A DNA stretch of 64,000 nucleotides, taken from Fimbriosthenelais zetlandica (lineage: Eukaryota). The position numbers and the translations under genes are program-made. Location: positions 8,990,001 through 9,054,000 of the forward strand of contig OZ365112.1 in the NCBI GenBank assembly GCA_977030845.1, in the 5' to 3' direction. Position 1 is the first letter of the stretch. The number at the start of each line of letters is the position of its first letter. The notes under the pieces are model-generated. The model had not been told where the DNA came from. It searched no databases and was given only the letters and a program-made list of their open reading frames with translations. This document shows positions 1-14,080 of this stretch, piece after piece.

Positions 1-699
1 CATGGCCGTCTAATGCACTATGATATACTTCTAATCTACTGGCCCGATCCTCCCACCCCCATCTACCTTACCCAGTCCACAGCTAGGACACAGGGCCATG
101 AAAACAGAACCAGGCGTGTCATCGATAAATAACGCATTACACTACAAGAAATTAAGCATTGAGGGCTGGAGGGATGAAGTGTGCATTGGAGAAATTAAGC
201 AGGCGCGCAGAGGCTAGCCGTAATAAGGTTAGGCCATTGGGGCTGGGCGTGCTGGTCATATATTTTCATCACCACCACTGCCAGTTGACAAGTTCTTATA
301 GGCAAACTCATTGGCGTGTCCCCTAATAAGTCCTGGCTGAATTAAAAGGCGATATTTCAGGGAAGGTGCCGGCCATCTGGCTTCTGTATAAGTGGGCATG
401 GTGACCAGCTTCATGCAGCCTCTATACCAGAAGCCATCTATTGAAAGCGTTCTTAATCATGGGTGAGAAAAGAAGCCAGTTTAACCAAAAGGCGGAAGCC
501 ACATTGTGTGGTTGCGGCACAGTGACATAATTAGCATGTCGGCTGTAAGCGGGGCCGATCGCCGGTTATAAATTGAAACGCCGAGCCGGGGGGAATCAGC
601 TGCGGCAATTTGCATCATAATGAAAGCAAATTGGATCCAGAGGAATGAATGAATTCACAGCCTAATGGGGCAAGGCCCTCAGAGGCTTGCTGAGAGAAT

Positions 700-1130
700 G
701 GGTGATACCCACTCCCTCCACTCTTTCACCCACTCCCTTGATCTCTCTCTTGCTCTCCCTCTCTCCTTCCCTCCCTCTCTGTCTCTCTTGCTTTCTCTCT
801 ATCCCTCACTCCTTCGCTGGCACTATCTCTCACACACTCACGCTCGCGTTCTCTCCCTGCCAGCCACTCCCTTCATCCAACTCCCTCTTTATCCCACCCT
901 CACTTCTACACCCTCTCTCCCTCTCTTTCATTCGCTCTCTTCTATTTCTACCTTCCCTCCCACAAGATCTCCCCCTTCCTCTGCCTCCCTTCTTCTTCTC
1001 CTTCCCCACTTATCCCTCCATTCCTTCCTCCGCCCCCATGTCCATACCCCCTTACCTATCTCCCTTTCTCCCCCACCTTCTGTACCTCCAGTCTCCCATC
1101 GCCCCCTCTCTCCAAGCCACTGCCTCTCAG
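700..1130. repeat. CT-rich low-complexity tract
   Basis: About 430 bp of near-continuous pyrimidines on the + strand. It produces spurious S/L/P-rich ORFs. Confidence 0.9.
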
Positions 1131-2741
1131 ATATAAAACGCAATAGGCTACTATTGTTTATTCGCACTATGATTTATGTAACGTTAAAAACATAAAGTAC
1201 ATTGGTGGCCTGCACTGGTTGTCTATAGACCCCATGAATCATGATAACTGTTGTGCTTGATATTCAACAAAATGGCTTTTTGAGCTTAATTGCTAGATGA
1301 TAATGATTATGTCCCATAAAAAGCACAAATTAAAGTTTCTAATCATAGGTGGCTGGTGATTTATGTCCATGTAGCTGAAATGTATTCACACTGCGAGTCC
1401 CTGGAGAATGCTGGAACTTCAGGTATGCCTCGGAATTGCCTTGGAACAATGACGCATACAAATATTCAAAGAAATTATAATCTAATTTATATTGCATAAT
1501 TTGTCACCCAATTCTCTACTCTCGTACTCATTGGCATTTGGCATTTGATGTTATATGCAGTTTTAGGGATCCCCACAACATTCAACATCATATAGGTGTA
1601 TGATAATCCATAAACAGTGGACCATTTCCTATACTACTAGGCCTTCCATATTCCTGCAATGAACTAGTTTACATTCGTGCATGTCCTGGGTGAATGAATG
1701 TAGCAGTTCATTGTGTAACTATTGCATTTCCCAAACCTCAGCACTTTTGAATGAATATTTATTGGTGTAGAGAATAGCATCCTCTTCCTAAATGGCCCTG
1801 AACCTTTCTAAATATGTTTTGTAAACCAATTCCCTTAGTAACTTACCGAAACACAATTGGCCGCCATTTTTGCGCGGCTTTTTCCCCATGAGGTGCGACC
1901 ATTTACTGTACACTATAAATGAACTTGTAGCGATCCGTCCTGGGCCTCTCCTGGACAACGCCTGGCCTGCCCCTAACGGGAGATGGTGGAACTATTATAG
2001 CCGGAAATGAGGCTCGGGTCAATGCGCATGCCCAAGCTGATAAGTTGTGTGTGTTGAGGAGGTATGGGGAGAGTGGGGGGTGGAGGGGCCTGTGGTGTCT
2101 TCCTCATACCAAACTCATCTGCTCTTGCCGCTGATAGCTTCTCGCTTGTCTTCACTTTCTCCCCCCACAGGGCCCGGGCCCCGCCCATGGCCCCCCTATC
2201 GCACCTTTGCCCGCCCCATACCGCCCTCTAGTGCCCTATCTATCATTTATTTTGGGCGCGGTTGGCGATCTCTGATAGAGCGATGAGACAGCGTTCCGGC
2301 CCCGGCGTGCAAATAGATCCAACTGGTCGGCCTTAATACTGACAGTTGTGGCCTGGTGTCTCCACTAGGGGCGTCATGGTCGCGACCACGCGGTCACTGA
2401 CTCTGCCACCAGGGCGCACCACTGTGGGCTGACCAGGGGGCAGTAGGGATCGATAGATTACAAACAGGGACCCAGGACAGCATAACTTCATTTGGAGAAG
2501 TGCGGGGACCAGGAGAAGTTCTCAAAACGAGGCGTGGCTTCAGAGTGAGGCCAGATGGAAGCGTCTAATGTGTGTGATGTAGATTCTAGCCGGCAGAGGG
2601 CGTGGGGAGGGCATTGATGGGTCGCTAGGTGGGATGGCAAACTGACTGCACACTATTTTAACTGTACAGATGACATGGTTTGGAACAGTTAAACACTTGA
2701 ATACCACCTACGCAGTTATATGGTTTCTTCAGTTCGATTTT

Positions 2742-2824
2742 GGCCGTTTCCTTCTCGCCCTGACATAGCTGAAAATTTGCTGACGGGACTTTAAACAAAT
2801 ATTCACCCATCCATCATTCCACTC
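2742..2824 (+). mobile_element. SINE 3' fragment
   Basis: gtttccttctcgccctgacatagctgaaaatttgctgacgggactttaaacaaatattcacccatccatc. Confidence 0.65.
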
Positions 2825-3321
2825 AGATTAAAGTAGATTATATTTATAGTGAATGAGTTAACTGTCGTGGAAATATATGATGAAAATGTCTGCCACACTT
2901 TCGAGAAAGAAAACAAACTATTCAGAAAGAGTTATGTCCTTCTGTAGGAAGTTTATCAATAGAGAAAGATGTGTCTGTAGCGGTGAGACGATGTATGCCT
3001 CCCATCAGACATCCTGCCAACATCATTCTCCCTGATATACCAGCCCCGCAGTGAATAAAACACAGCTCCGCAGTAAATGGCTGCACGCAGGCTGGTTGGC
3101 CGTCAGACATATTTTAATCTGAGATAAACAATCGCTATCTGATGGTTTGTCAGTCAGGGGGAGGTTTATCTGACACAGCACGTGTCTCACTCTGTCTTCA
3201 TCAGAAGGCAAAGGAAAAATGGTGATGATTTATAAAGGGACGATGGGGGTGTATGGATGAGTATAGGGACGGTTGGTGTATGTATGTAGATTGTCTAGGT
3301 CATAAGGCCAACCTGGATCCC

Positions 3322-3600
3322 AGGAGCACGGTCGTGGCTTAGGTTGTAGTTTCTAACTCGAATGTGGGAGGTCCCAGGTTCATTTCCCTAGGCATTCCCC
3401 AAATTTGTCTTGTCCTTCCACACCCAGTGCTGCTAACAGGGATATTGCATGCTAATCATGTATGTTTCCACTGTTTGAATTAAGAGGAATGTCTGTCAAT
3501 GTAGGCCTATATATAAACATTGTGTACCGACAGCGTGTTTCCTAATCGTCCTCAGATAGCTGAAAGATTGCTGACTAGACGTTAGACATTAGACTCAATA
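3322..3600 (+). mobile_element. tRNA-head SINE, near full length
   Basis: A-box-like GTGGCTTAGGTTG (3334) and B-box-like GGTTCATTTCC (3377). Core ccttccacacccagtgctgctaac and tail ccgacagcgtgtttcc..tcgtcct.agatagctgaaa.attgctgact are shared with other copies in the window. Confidence 0.75.
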
Positions 3601-3972
3601 CCTAGACCCCCTAGTAGGGGTAGCAGATGCCCTCTGTCGGGCACTAGTTACATTATCAGCCCCCTCTGGTGATGGTGGGTGGGTATGGACAGTTTTCATC
3701 AGAAATGAAGTGAATGTTCAAGAGGTTCAATATGCTTACAGGCTAAATGAATCGAGTTCTTTCCAAGCTATACCCTCCTATAGGTTAGTCTTTAGACGAG
3801 TACAGAATGTATATACTTCATTCTATAGTCTACTAGTTGCACATTCCAAGAGATGAATTCATTCGACCAACTCAGAAGAAAATAGCGAATAGAATTCTCG
3901 TTTTGTAACCTCCCGTGAAGTCGGTCTCAGTTCCTGCTCTTACATCTCTCTCTAACTGACATGACGGCACAG

Positions 3973-4036
3973 TCCCGCTGGTATGACGTCACGATCCCGC
4001 TGATGTGACGTCACAATCCCGCTGGTATGACGCCAA
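3973..4036. repeat. 22-bp tandem repeat carrying TGACGTCA
   Basis: tcccgctggtatgacgtcacga x ~2.9. Perfect CRE palindromes at 3984 and 4006. Confidence 0.9.
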
Positions 4037-5848
4037 TCACGTTCACCAGCAGCGCTCCCATGATTCATGAGACGACTTCCGCTGGTTGCGTGCGCACAAT
4101 GATGCGCGGAGAAGATGCGCAGTGGGAGTTTATCTCGTCACATGGCGATCTTGATACTCTACGCAAATTGAAAGCCATCAGTCTCTCTGATTTATGGTGC
4201 ATGCGCAGAGAGTTGGATGAGAGGAGATTGGAGGTAGGGAGGAGGGCGATGTGGAAACGGTGGGCGGTACGCCGCCATGGACGGCAGGTGGCGACACTAA
4301 TTCATACATATAGGCGGTAGGGGGCAGGTCGGTATGACAGGTGATCTATGTTTTGATGTGTGTGTTGTTGGGGGGTAGGGGTATAGCCTAGGTCTGCATG
4401 TAGGGGTGGGGTGGGTTACTCAGTCTCACATTCCGCGTTCTGGAATACTCTCACATACTTCGAGTATGCTCGAGAATATGTAGAGCCAGAGTAGGGCCTA
4501 TAGGCTATGTAGCCTACATATAACTTTCTGAACATGCTCCTGCATATAGGCCTAAGCGCTATAGTAAATAGGCCTACATTGAATTTCCCCCCTTGAAATC
4601 TGTCAATGCATTGTGGATACCGACTGCACAAGTTTTTCAGAAGTTAAGCTATACATTATAATTTGTTCTAATGTTTGATTGAACCCTAGGACTACTGAGC
4701 TCTATATCTTTCCCACTTATGAGACTAGCTTGTGAAATTTGCCATGGTTTTTGAAAGCTTCGTGAATGGCCTTTTGAATGATACAATGCTTCAAAAACAA
4801 GTAACATATACAACATAAAATACCTGTATGAAAATACTTGATCTGTAGCTGCATCGGCAGCTCGCTCTATATCCCCCATATGTGATAATAAGTCCTACCC
4901 CCAGCATACCATAAAGTCTTATCATTATATAGTACATCTTATAAAACATCAGATTCTGGTATGTATACATGTTCTATATATTTTTACATAACTTATCAAG
5001 TAGCCTATCAGTGGAGTCATTTCTCATTTGACACGTGCTCGGGTGAGGTATTTCTGAGATGAATTTACCCGTGTCAGGGCTGGGATTGATACATCTGAAC
5101 GATATGTAAGCTATCAGCTTACCTAGGGCGCCTCTAGTGGACTGATAGCGCTAAATAGGGGGCAGGATTGATGGATGAGAGTGACAGGTGAGGGGTGGGT
5201 GATTGATGGGTGGTGGGGGTGCATGATGTGAGGCAGGAGCAGATCCGGGAAATTAGAAGGGGCGTGGGGGTCACTGGTTAAAATCTGCTAAAGTTTGAGT
5301 CTTTTGTCCCCAACATTTAATGGAAAATGGGAAGAAACCCCCAAACGCCCCTAACCCCACTGTAGGGTTTGGGGTTGGGGTAGTAGGGGGCCGGTTAGGA
5401 TAGGGAGTTATTGGGGAGCTGTACATGTTGGTGGGTCTATTGGGGGATATGGGGTGAGAGTAGGGGTGAGTAGTGGAGGTAGGGGGGATATTTGGGGTGG
5501 TATACATGTGTGGGGTATAGGATGGGGGTTGAGGAGGGGTCGGAGGGGGGTAGGGGTGATTGATGTGAAGGGTGAAGAGTGGGGGGTTATCATGTTCTAC
5601 CTGGTGGAATGGTTAACCTGGAGGTAGGGGAATTAGACTGAGAGATAAGCGGAGATTAGACAGACAGCAGGGCGATCCCTTACTCATTGATGTTTCCATC
5701 AAATAAAACTAGGCTTACTCTCCTCTGTCACTTCTTCATCTTCAATTTTTCTCCTTTTCTTCATATCTTGCTGCCACTTCTCTGGAATAGAACCTCCTGT
5801 CTACGAGACCATAAACTTCAGGTGCATCAATTTCTGCCAGAAAATGAT

Positions 5849-6025
5849 ATGGGTAGGACATTTTTGCACGAATTGCAAGACATAAATATCTAATGTATAT
5901 CCCTAACGAATTTGTACACAAATAGGGTACCTACCAGGAATCATTGCCTTATAATTCTTGCAGCGATTGCTGCATGTGGAGTTTGTCTACAAGACCATCA
6001 TTTTCAAGTGCATTAATTGCTGCTA
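5849..6025 (+). repeat. Dispersed repeat fragment, copy 1
   Basis: Aligns by eye with 26802-26977, sharing gggtacctaccagg, ttcttgcagcgattgctgca.gtggag and caagaccatca..ttcaagtgcat. Confidence 0.8.
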
Positions 6026-8519
6026 TATTGCCGCAGAATTGCAAGGCAAAAGTTAGGAATTGATCTCCTTTCGACAGAATTGGACAACATGAAGGGTAAC
6101 ACTAACCCTAATATAGATAACATAGAGAGACATGTCTATAAGTCTTTTAGGAGTTTTTCTCACTCTTTATATCAGTCACATTAGCTTTAATTTGAATGTT
6201 AGATTTGGCCCACACTTGCCGACATTCTAACCGTGCATACAAGCACTGTTTCGATCAGGGTGCTGAATCCAATCAGTCCAGACAAGGTGAGAGAGACTCC
6301 AGATGACCACCAGGTAATTCATCCCCTAATCCAGCCTTCCTAAACACCGCCTAATAAGATCTCCCCCGACCGCGTTACGGCTACGGTCCCAGACAGCCGC
6401 GACAGCCAACCGTAACGCGAGACGCCACCCAATTCGGTTAGTTTACTTCCCTTCCCACCAGAGGACCAGGAACCAACTAATGTTTCCGTCCCGGACTCCT
6501 TGCTTGAGTGCCTCTCAAGGCAATTGCCAAAGCCATTTGAAAATTGACTTTTCTTTTGTACATATGGTGGATGGGTGTAGAGGAGAGGGGGGTTCTGGGA
6601 AGGATCGGTCTCATAGAGAGGCTGGTTAGGACAGCTCTTCTCTGATTGGCTGTGACGGGATACGGGGGCCGGCCAATAGGTGGCAGCACAAGGTTTCCGC
6701 GCGCTTTTGTCACCTGTCACTTAGCAACATAACGTGACGTGACGTCGGGGGGAGGGTCAGGGTCTGGTAGTGCGGGGACAAAAATTGAAGGTGAAAAGAA
6801 GGCGAGTGAGAAATGGGGAGGATAGATCCCTTGTCGCAGGATGTCATGCTTCATTATGGTCATATATGGAGGTGTGAATAGGCGAGGACAGGGCCAGTCA
6901 GGGTCCAGTCCTCACCGGACAGTGGTCACTCTGTATGACATGAAAGGCAGGGAAGCCTGACTGGTCAGCCTGGTCCGGCATGGCTTCATATTTAACATGG
7001 ACAGGGTCAGAATGAGCAGCTTCATGTATCACCGAGTGGGAGGGGTGTACAGCAGTGCTAGTCAGGCTCTCATACCGCAGTATGAGGCCTTATAGATGGT
7101 CAGTTTTATACACTAGTCACTCTACAGTTATGCACTAGTGACAGTGTAAAAGAGTTTGTCAGAAATATGATTTAGATGAAATACATATTTCAGCAATACG
7201 ATTTAGATAGAATTCCAATGAAAATCTGAAAGGAAAAAACTATGGCCAATACGGTATTCATTTTTCCAATTGTCAACCTCAAGCAACATTGGCAACACAT
7301 TGGACAAATCTATGGCTTAACATGAGTAATTTATAAACACAAAAAGCCATAGTAGTATAAGGAATTGGGCATCAGACTCAGGAGTGTGACCATTTGAGCA
7401 TTTTGGGAGACCAACATTTGTGTTTTAATGCTACTGCTTTAAACTGCCTAAAAGCACATTTAAACAATGACAATAGATTTGTTTTTCCGGGTGGCATCTG
7501 CAGCGATATATTCCTGAAGTTCAGGGGCGATTCAAGATGTCAAATATTTGGAGGGGATGGGTATCTAAGCCTGGCTTATGTATGATAGTCTAAATTTAAC
7601 CAGCACACTTGAATTCTACAATCAGTGATACCATACATCGGTTTAGTAGAGGGACCATCATAGCCTGGGGGCATGAAGCCTGGTGCTAGTGGAACTGCAT
7701 GCTGTCAGGGACGTCTGGTAACGTCTGGTAACGTCAGGACACTAACCAGGACGTCATCTATCATCTAGTACCATCATTTGTACCGTCAGATTAAGGCTAT
7801 ACTCCCAACATGGACCCCTCCTTCAGTCCTGCTAAGTGGCCTTAGGGGGTTTACAAAAGTCCATGACCATTTGTGGCGTGAGGCATGTACGGTATACCAT
7901 TTCTAGGATAAACCGGCCATAGGATCATTGTTGGTATGCTGGCCCCATTAACATTGCTGGTGGCTGACCACAAGAATGTTTTCTAATTTAACGTGTAATT
8001 TTCGACTTGAATTTTAATGCTAGACTCATGGGGAGAATCCATGGTGTCTTACCCACTGTCAAATGAAAAAGAAAATGAAAATTGTGACTGGGTCCTGCAA
8101 TCCAACCTCATAATCTTTTGGCATGGTAAGACCCTAATATGACATTTTAAATCAAGTTTCGCTATATTTATTTAACTATAAAATGCTTGCTTGCTTTCTT
8201 TTCCATAAGCAATATTCAATAATAGCTAAAAGTACTAAATCAATTGTAGGAATCTATCTACTGGATCTGTCAATACCCTCCCTCTTATACATCGGTTAAT
8301 ATTGACTGGAGCAGAGCCTGTGAAATGTTGAATGTGTTTTCAAGTGAAGGCCTGTCCTGCCAGACCTCATCAGCCAACCCTAGCTCTGTATTTTGATTTG
8401 TGAGATGTTGAGAGAGATATTTTTTCACTCTGTCAGGAGCCCGCCTCTGGCAGTTTGATGGATAACTAGCTGTCACAGCGGCCCTGATATGGAGCTGTCA
8501 GTCTATCCTGCCCCGACAA

Positions 8520-8745
8520 CGGCGGATCCTGAGGGGGGCGGTGCTGCAAGATCACCTTTCTTGGTCCCCCATTGCCCATTTCTGTCCAAAAGTTCTTGTT
8601 TTGGAGCCAAACTGCCCGTTTTAGTACACTTGCCCTTTTTGGTTCTCAATCTGCCCCTTTCCTGGTCCCCGCGTTGAAACACAGGTGCCCTTTTTTGTCC
8701 CCAATTACCTTTTCTGGACCCCTATTGCCCTTCTTGGAAGCCCTT
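8520..8745. repeat. Old MITE-like remnant with periodic TGCCC(Y)TTT motifs
   Basis: Begins ggcggatcctgagggggg and has six tgccc+T-run motifs at roughly 20-40 bp spacing. No convincing right terminus. Confidence 0.35.
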
Positions 8746-8844
8746 TTAGGTCGCATGAGCCTTTTTCAAACTGCATCTGCAATATATGAATCTGGTTACT
8801 GGTGTATCAAAGGTCAGCCAAGTCAAGTGAGCAAAGTGAGAGTC

Positions 8845-8945
8845 ATGAGAAAGAACAGTGCATTGTGTACGACAGCATGTTTCCTCTTATCCTGAGACAG
8901 CTGAAAAATTGCTGACTAGCCGTTAAACAACTACTCACTCACTCG
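8845..8945 (+). mobile_element. SINE 3' fragment
   Basis: cattgtgtacgacagcatgtttcctcttatcctgagacagctgaaaaattgctgactagccgttaaac followed by (ACTC)n. Confidence 0.7.
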
Positions 8946-10319
8946 CCCCTGTCCATCCCCCCCCCCCCCTCCCGCCATGACTGACACCCTGCTGTATTTG
9001 ATGACCACATCAGGGCCTCATACATCATGACAATATGGCCGCCTTAAATGGAGCGGTGCTGCCACCAGGCGGCGGCGGTAAGTAAAACAGAAATCTCCCG
9101 TCCACGAGATAAGGATGAGGAAGGAGCTGGTATTGAAACACGCTGACTCTTCCACGATCGATGGTGGTCGGTCTATGGTGGCCGAGGGTCGACAAGATCA
9201 CCTAAAGCCCGTTTATCATGTGAAGCCAGGCTGAAACATGCCCCGTTTGTATACATGTACATACACGACTCCCCACTTTCATATATTTTACCTCTTACAA
9301 GGCTAGGATCCTGGTGTCTAGTTACAACCCCCCACGCCCCATCAAAAACAGGCTATGGTCCGGGGAGTGGGTGAAATTTGTCCACCTTGGTACAATGGCT
9401 TATTCAAGATCAATCCTTGGTAGACTCATAGTCGGAGTGGGGGGCCTGGCTCCTTCGGCAATGAACTTTTGTCACTCAAAACTCAAAAATCCTGTACTCT
9501 AAGCACCACCTCCCCATCTCCTCCGGCCCAGAAAAAAGCAGATCATGATTGTACAAGTCCATGTCCAAACGTCTGCCGAGCACACACTTCCCATCTTTAT
9601 TTGGCACCGTTTCATTATTTGGCCCGAGTAAAAATACTGATCGGCCCTATTGGGTGATTCCGATGATATAATGCAAAAGGAAATACCATAAAGTGAGTAT
9701 TGGTCGGGCCAGTGGTGTGGGTAAAAAAGACCTCAGTGGGCCGCCCCGGATCCATAATCACTCCCCGACGCGCCGTAAACACACAGACTTCTGAAGTAAA
9801 AGCGCAACTTTGTATACATGTGATACAAATTGCTAAGCTCCAAGTAGACAATGGAAGGTCGCGGAGGGGATTGGTGGGTCGGAGCCGGAGCAGGGGTGAT
9901 CTGTTTGGTCTGGAGTTGATATAGATAGCTTGGAGTGACCATTTGGCGGCTGTGGGATGACCCCCCGTCCCCCTAGCACCACCCCCTACCCCCCGGGCTC
10001 CAGGCCTTGTGGTAGGGTGGAGAGACATAGATCGACATAGAGGCATTGAGATGTGGCTGCCTGGCTGGCCCTGGAGGGGTGATGGCGGTTTTTATTGGGT
10101 TTTAGTGCCTGAGATTACACAGACATCATTGGGAATAAATACTAGGGGTGGGTGTGGATCTGGGGGAAGGGTTGGTGAAGGGGGCAGGATGGTAGGGTGG
10201 CTGGATGGTGGTGTGGAGAAGTGTTGCCGGGGGAGGGGGTGGGTAGATCAGATGGCTAAAGATCATCAAGGCTTAGTATGGCCTCCAAATTTCCATTTGG
10301 AGGGGGGAGAAGGTGGAGC

Positions 10320-10670
10320 AGCAGAGGGAGAGAGAAGGGGCCAGAGAGAGTGGGAGGGAGAGAAATAGAGAGAGGCAGAGACAGAGAGAGAGAGAGAAAT
10401 AGAGAGAGGCAGAGAAAAAGAGAGAGAGCGAACAAGAGAGGGAGAGAGAACATGAATAAACTGATGGAGACTGAGAGTGACAGACGATAGTACTATGAAG
10501 TAAACAGATAAAGACAGAGGAAGAGTGAGAGAGAGGGAGGAAAATAGACACATACAGGGAGAGACAAAAACAGACAGACAACCAGAGACAGACAGAGCAA
10601 AATGTAAGGAGACAGAAAGCGAGAGAGAAATAGAAACAGGGAGAGAGATAGAGAGAGAACGCACAGGAAG
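10320..10670. repeat. GA-rich low-complexity tract
   Basis: Degenerate (GA)n/(GACA)n. Confidence 0.9.
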
Positions 10671-11079
10671 AGATGTCAGACCAGTGTATATAGATTGATA
10701 GATAGTCGGGGGAGCGATGGGGTGGTGTGAGATGGGGAGATAAGGGAAGATTGGTGGTGATGGGAAGCAGGGGGAGAACGCTGGTATTGGGTCTGTGGGA
10801 TCAGAGGGGATGAAGTTGTCTCGGCCTGGTCACGCTTGACCGGTCAGCCGCGGCACCATCAGGCCTTACTGGTCTCCAGGCGATCTCTGCTGGTCAGCCG
10901 GTGGTTGAACCATGAGTCTATTGCCACTGATGCTCTTTCTCAGCCCCACTCTGCTGATGCTGGCTATCTGACCAGCATTACTGCCTGTAATCTACCATTC
11001 TCTGTTATAACATCAATTCTTTGTTTCAAACCATTGGGATGATTCAATTGCTTATGATCTAAGATTTAAAATGAGAAAG

Positions 11080-11428
11080 TATATAAGGTATACCATATGT
11101 ATTGCCAATATATTGCTTTAGTGAAGCTGATGAAATTGAATGTTTCACCCCTTATTATGATAGGAAACGAAACCTATAGATTTCTCACTATACTTGTATA
11201 CTTGTAAACGTAGAAACAATTTGCGGAAAACCTATAGAAAACTGTTGATTCATGTTAGATATTCATATCTTTCAGGTCCTTCTTCGTGCATTGAAACACA
11301 TGCATCTACTCTGCAGTCACTTCCGGTAATATATAGGATGTACTACAGTGAATATGCAGGTATGTCTACCTACTTCACCCATTCAATAGAATTCAATGGC
11401 TAAATTTGAGTTGGGGAATAGCACGTTT
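11080..11428 (+). repeat. 349-bp segment (donor) copied into the duplication junction
   Basis: Identical by eye to 16956-17304. ORFs 11194..11403 and 17070..17279 are identical. Confidence 0.95.
11276..11359 (+). other. Candidate 84-nt symmetric phase-1 exon (exact copy at 17152-17235)
   Basis: Acceptor attcatatctttcag| and donor CAG|gtatgt. One open frame, (G)PSSCIETHASTLQSLPVIYRMYYSEYA(G). No recognisable homology. Confidence 0.3.
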
Positions 11429-12934
11429 TTTGGAGTTTTTGGAGTCATAGTAGTATAGGATTGGTTACTCTCCACGGGTACCCTTACATATAAATCAACT
11501 GTGGGATCTGTTTACAGGGTAGTGTGTTCTTTAGTTGTGACAATATTGTGAACATTAACTCAGCAACCGTCCTCCTGAAATGTTCAAAACCGTTTTAAGG
11601 CGTATTTTGGGGGTTGATGGATCGTAATTGTGGAGAGTGACAGGACCACCCTATCTCCCCACCCCCTCACCCATCCTCCCCCTGCCTCCTCTAACCATCA
11701 CCCTCACCCACTTATTGATTCCACTCTGACTCTCAGGTTAACAAACTGTGAAAACTTCATCAGTTGTCTGAGCTGGCTGTGAGATAGTGTTGGGGAGGTG
11801 GAGGGAGCAGGAGGGCCTCAACTCGCGACCATCACACCTCTACCCCACCCGGGACCTGGCGAATTATCACAAGGTGTTACTCGTCTCAGCTCTAGATAAT
11901 GATGTTGCCACCTCCCTCCACCTCCTCCTTCCCTCTCCTTCTCCCTCCTTCCCCAATACTATCTCTTGGTTAGTTCTTACTAAGGCCTTGTTCCACTCAG
12001 AGGGTTACCAATGGAATATCTCCAATCTGTTGACTATCTTATGGCTTAACTGCCATATCTGCCACACCACTCACAAATAGCAAGCCCCTGCTAGTGCAGT
12101 TGCCCAGGCCTTTTGTCCATTGCATCATGTGGCCATAACATTGCTTTGGATGGCCCTTTGCTTTAATGATCATATTGCCAATGGGTTTGCAATTGGGATT
12201 TTTGCCAATTTCTCAATTTCTGTCAATTTATTTGGCTTTATATGCTATTTTAAGACATAACCGACCAGCTAAGAATCTGTTCGTAGACAAATGTAGTCGA
12301 TATGATACTGGCGTCGGATTCTTGGAAATCGGTTAGCAATCGGTTTAGTGTATTGATGGTATAATAGTATGAAGCAATAGAGAGAGTGAGCATCTGGCCT
12401 TGTTGGCTCAGAGGGACCCACCAACACCCGGGACCCGCGTAAAGTTCACAGCTCAGCCTAGATGGACCAGCGGCCGCCAAATATGTCACCATGGTCCGGC
12501 CTGGACGGTGATGGTCAGCCACTGGCCGGAGAATGACCAGAGACAAGTAGAGACAGCCTGAGGGATGACCTGTCCAAGCTAGCCAGGACATCTCCCCTAT
12601 TATCGCTCATCCTGCTGACACCCGTCCTCGCCAGTTACTGACCAGTGGTCAGTCTCTAGGGATGGATGGGGGAGATCCATCCTCACCATGACAACACTCC
12701 ACATGGGGTGGACACCCTTGACCACCTCCCCCTGACATGTACATGATGGATGATTGATTGACAGGCATACTCCCACTCCCACCCATCAATCAACTTACCC
12801 CTGGTCATCATTAGTGACTCTAACAATAGCAATCATTATCCTCATCCCAGGGGCTGTGGCTCTGAAGGGAGAGTGTTCCACATGAATGTAGAACATCCTG
12901 GGTTTTATTCCCAAAAGATTTTCCAAGCAGAATG

Positions 12935-13378
12935 CTGCATGGAGGTCCTGCTTTCAATCCCAAGCATTCTCCAAAATTGCCATCGTACTTTCTCTCCCAT
13001 GCATTGCTGCTAACGGATATATCAAACACCAGACATGTATCCCACTGTCTATGGTGAAAGACATGTAAAAGGCCAGCCATGTCTCACCCTGTCTATGATT
13101 AGAGGCATATAAAGCCAGCCATGTTTCCCACTGTCTAAGAGACATGTAAAAGGCCAGCCATGTTTCCCCCTGACTATGGCGAAAGACATGTAAAAGGCCA
13201 GCGATGTCTCCTACTGTCTATGGTGAGAGACATGTAAAAGGCCAGCCATGTCTCCCTCTGTCTACAGTTTGAGCTGCCGTTCAAGAAGAGCAGGCCATTG
13301 TTTGCCAACAGCGTGTTTCTCCCTCGCCCTGAGAAATTGCTGACTGATCATTAAACCCATGTTCATCCATCCATCACA
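12935..13378 (+). mobile_element. SINE copy with internal minisatellite expansion
   Basis: Degenerate B box ggtcctgctttcaatccc, core cattctccaaaattg...tgctgctaacgg, about 5.5 internal units of ~39-44 bp, family tail, and (ATCC)n end. Confidence 0.72.
13033..13265. repeat. ~44-bp tandem repeat inside SINE
   Basis: Unit catgtctcccactgtctatggtgagagacatgtaaaaggccagc, about 5.5 diverged copies. Confidence 0.88.
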
Positions 13379-14019
13379 TTTAGTGACTTTAACAATAAGA
13401 ATGATTATCATTATCCCAGCTAGATGAATCAGCCCTGACACTGGCCTAAATGTTACATTCATATCAATGAAACATACAAGCTATTAATCATCATCTAAAT
13501 CTCCGCCACAATCAACCAATTGACAAGGCTACATCCAACCTCCCAATGATTTATAGTGATAGGCGAATCATTGACTCATCGCTATAATAGGCTCTACATA
13601 GAATGGATGGAGCACTCTCCCAATGTAATCGATAATAAAGTCCGTCTGAACTATAATGAATTAGTAAAGGCACTAGCATTTATGAGTCCCCCTCGGTATA
13701 TTGTCCGCCTCATATAAACAACCAGAATATATGCCTGTAAAGCAGCAGCCAGCAGCCATTAAGGAATGTATAATTTTATAATGTGTTATAAATCTTCATT
13801 TATTCTACCGATGCCATGCTTTAGTCTCATATTCTGGTTTATGTTTCCGCCCAGTGGTGATGGGTTTGAGCATGGGATGTGCAAGTGGTGTGGCTTCTTC
13901 TTTTGTCAGTGTCCACGGATGTCCCCTACCCCAAACCCCAACCCACTTTGCAACCCACATTGCACTTTCAATGAAAGAATACCGCCACCACCCTCATCAT
14001 TCTTTTCCACGTCCATGGA

Positions 14020-14080
14020 TTATCAAAGGCCAGCCATGTCTCCCACTGCATGCCTATGGTGAGATGCATGTAAAAACAGA
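14020..14080 (+). mobile_element. SINE internal fragment
   Basis: tatcaaaggccagccatgtctcccactg..ctatggtgagatgcatgtaaaa matches the unit amplified at 13033-13265. Confidence 0.6.

Noticed and set aside
665-1195. 176-aa and 149-aa ORFs
   Set aside because: They are translations of a CT-rich low-complexity tract (S/L/P/F-rich), are open in several frames, and have no domain.
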